DNA of 64,000 nucleotides from Callorhinchus milii (lineage: Eukaryota). Both the position numbers and the translations under genes were made by a program. Positions 62,930-64,000 of this stretch are shown piece by piece. Within the stretch, counting starts at the first letter, position 1. The number at the start of each line of letters is the position of its first letter. Below the pieces are notes generated by a model. It had not been told where the DNA came from. It did no database searches and was given only the letters and a program-made list of their open reading frames with translations. Location: contig NW_024704771.1 of NCBI RefSeq assembly GCF_018977255.1, positions 682,001 to 746,000 on the forward strand. Direction: 5' to 3'.

Positions 62930-64000
62930 CATCCCCCCCCACACACCCTCACATCCCCCCCACACACACCCTCACATCCCCACTTCACACACACACTCAC
63001 ATCCCCACATGCACATCACCCTCAGACTCACCCTCACATTTCCCCCCACACACACATCCCCCTCCACACACACACACATCCCCCCACGCACACCCTCAAA
63101 TCCCCCCACACACACCCTCACATCCCCCCTCACACCCTCGCATCCCCCCACACACCCTAACACCCCTCCCCCCCCCCCCCCCCCCCACACACCCCCTCAC
63201 ATCTGCGTTGAGAGAATCTGACTTGCCATCCAGTGTGTGACTCACACGCTCTGAGACAGGGATATATATCGCTGATATCTTTCTCTCCAGCAATGCCCAG
63301 TCTCACAGTCGGGGCTGTGCTCAGAATCTCACTGAAATCTCCCAAATCACTTTTATATCTATAAACAGGTGCCGTGTTGTTCCCCAGTGAGCAGCCGCGT
63401 CTCACTGTGTATAAATAAGGTGTGTTTTCAGTGACAGTTTTTATAATCTGTCACATTTCTCTCTCACTCACTGTAACAGTCACCCAAGAAGTGAGATCTT
63501 TAACCCTCACTAAACCGAAGTCGTGTCTGTGTCTGTTCAACTGGATATTAATATCCAAAATATTGTCGTTCACTTACAAAATACTCGATAAATTTACAAT
63601 AAATTTGTTTTGTTATTATTTTATGTCCAATGATTGAACACAATCTGCACACACTCCTCACCCCGATAAACACACCCCTAACCCTCACCCCCTGATACCC
63701 ACCCCTAACCCTCACCCCCTGATACACACACCTTAACCCTCACCCCCTGACACACACCCCTAACCCTCACCCCCTGATACCAAGAACAACAAATTACATT
63801 TTCGCAGCGCATTTCACATTAGGACATCTTAAGGGGCTGTGATGTTAGGAATGCCAACCCGAGCTGGTGGTTGGGATCAGGAGGGGTGGAGGGGGGGGAG
63901 GGTAGACGTAAGAGGGTGATCGAAAGAATGGTCAAAGAGGAGTGTCTTGAGATGGGCCTTGAAGGCGGCAACGGAGGGGGCGATGTGGAGGGACTGAGGG
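62930..64000 (+). repeat. BTN 3' region duplicated at 45800-46790; AATAAA at about 63598-63603 is a candidate poly(A) signal
   Basis: Similarity to 45.8-46.8 kb; AATAAA lies in an AT-rich stretch about 1 kb after the stop. Confidence 0.6.

Overview
This is vertebrate genomic DNA, most likely from a cartilaginous fish; that is an inference from shark-type CR1 3' ends, L2 LINEs, a tRNA-Ala-headed SINE with an L2-type tail and a Penelope-like fragment. It is repeat-rich and contains N-gaps. Genes were reconstructed by hand from splice sites and phase continuity. (1) A minus-strand multi-C-type-lectin gene with three single-exon CTLDs and a S/T/P linker exon (374-4303). (2) The 3' part of a kyphoscoliosis-peptidase-like (KY) gene on the minus strand (6377-10675). 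(3) An RGL2 orthologue on the plus strand (15 exons, 16827-35067, 5' end missing). (4) A TRIM coiled-coil pseudogene fragment (49958-50373). (5) An apparently complete butyrophilin (signal-IgV-IgC-TM-heptad-B30.2, 54825-62615) with an ISRE-like motif upstream. RGL2, butyrophilin and B30.2-type TRIMs are all linked to the human MHC region, so this may be an MHC-linked segment. Two near-identical inverted duplications (1.6 kb and 2.45 kb) share one junction architecture, each with a 25-N gap at or within 3 nt of a breakpoint, which suggests mis-assembly or inversion. Orphan phase-compatible S/T/P-rich exons at 41.8-48.8 kb may belong to an unannotated mucin-like gene. Most long ORFs in the track are low-complexity artefacts.
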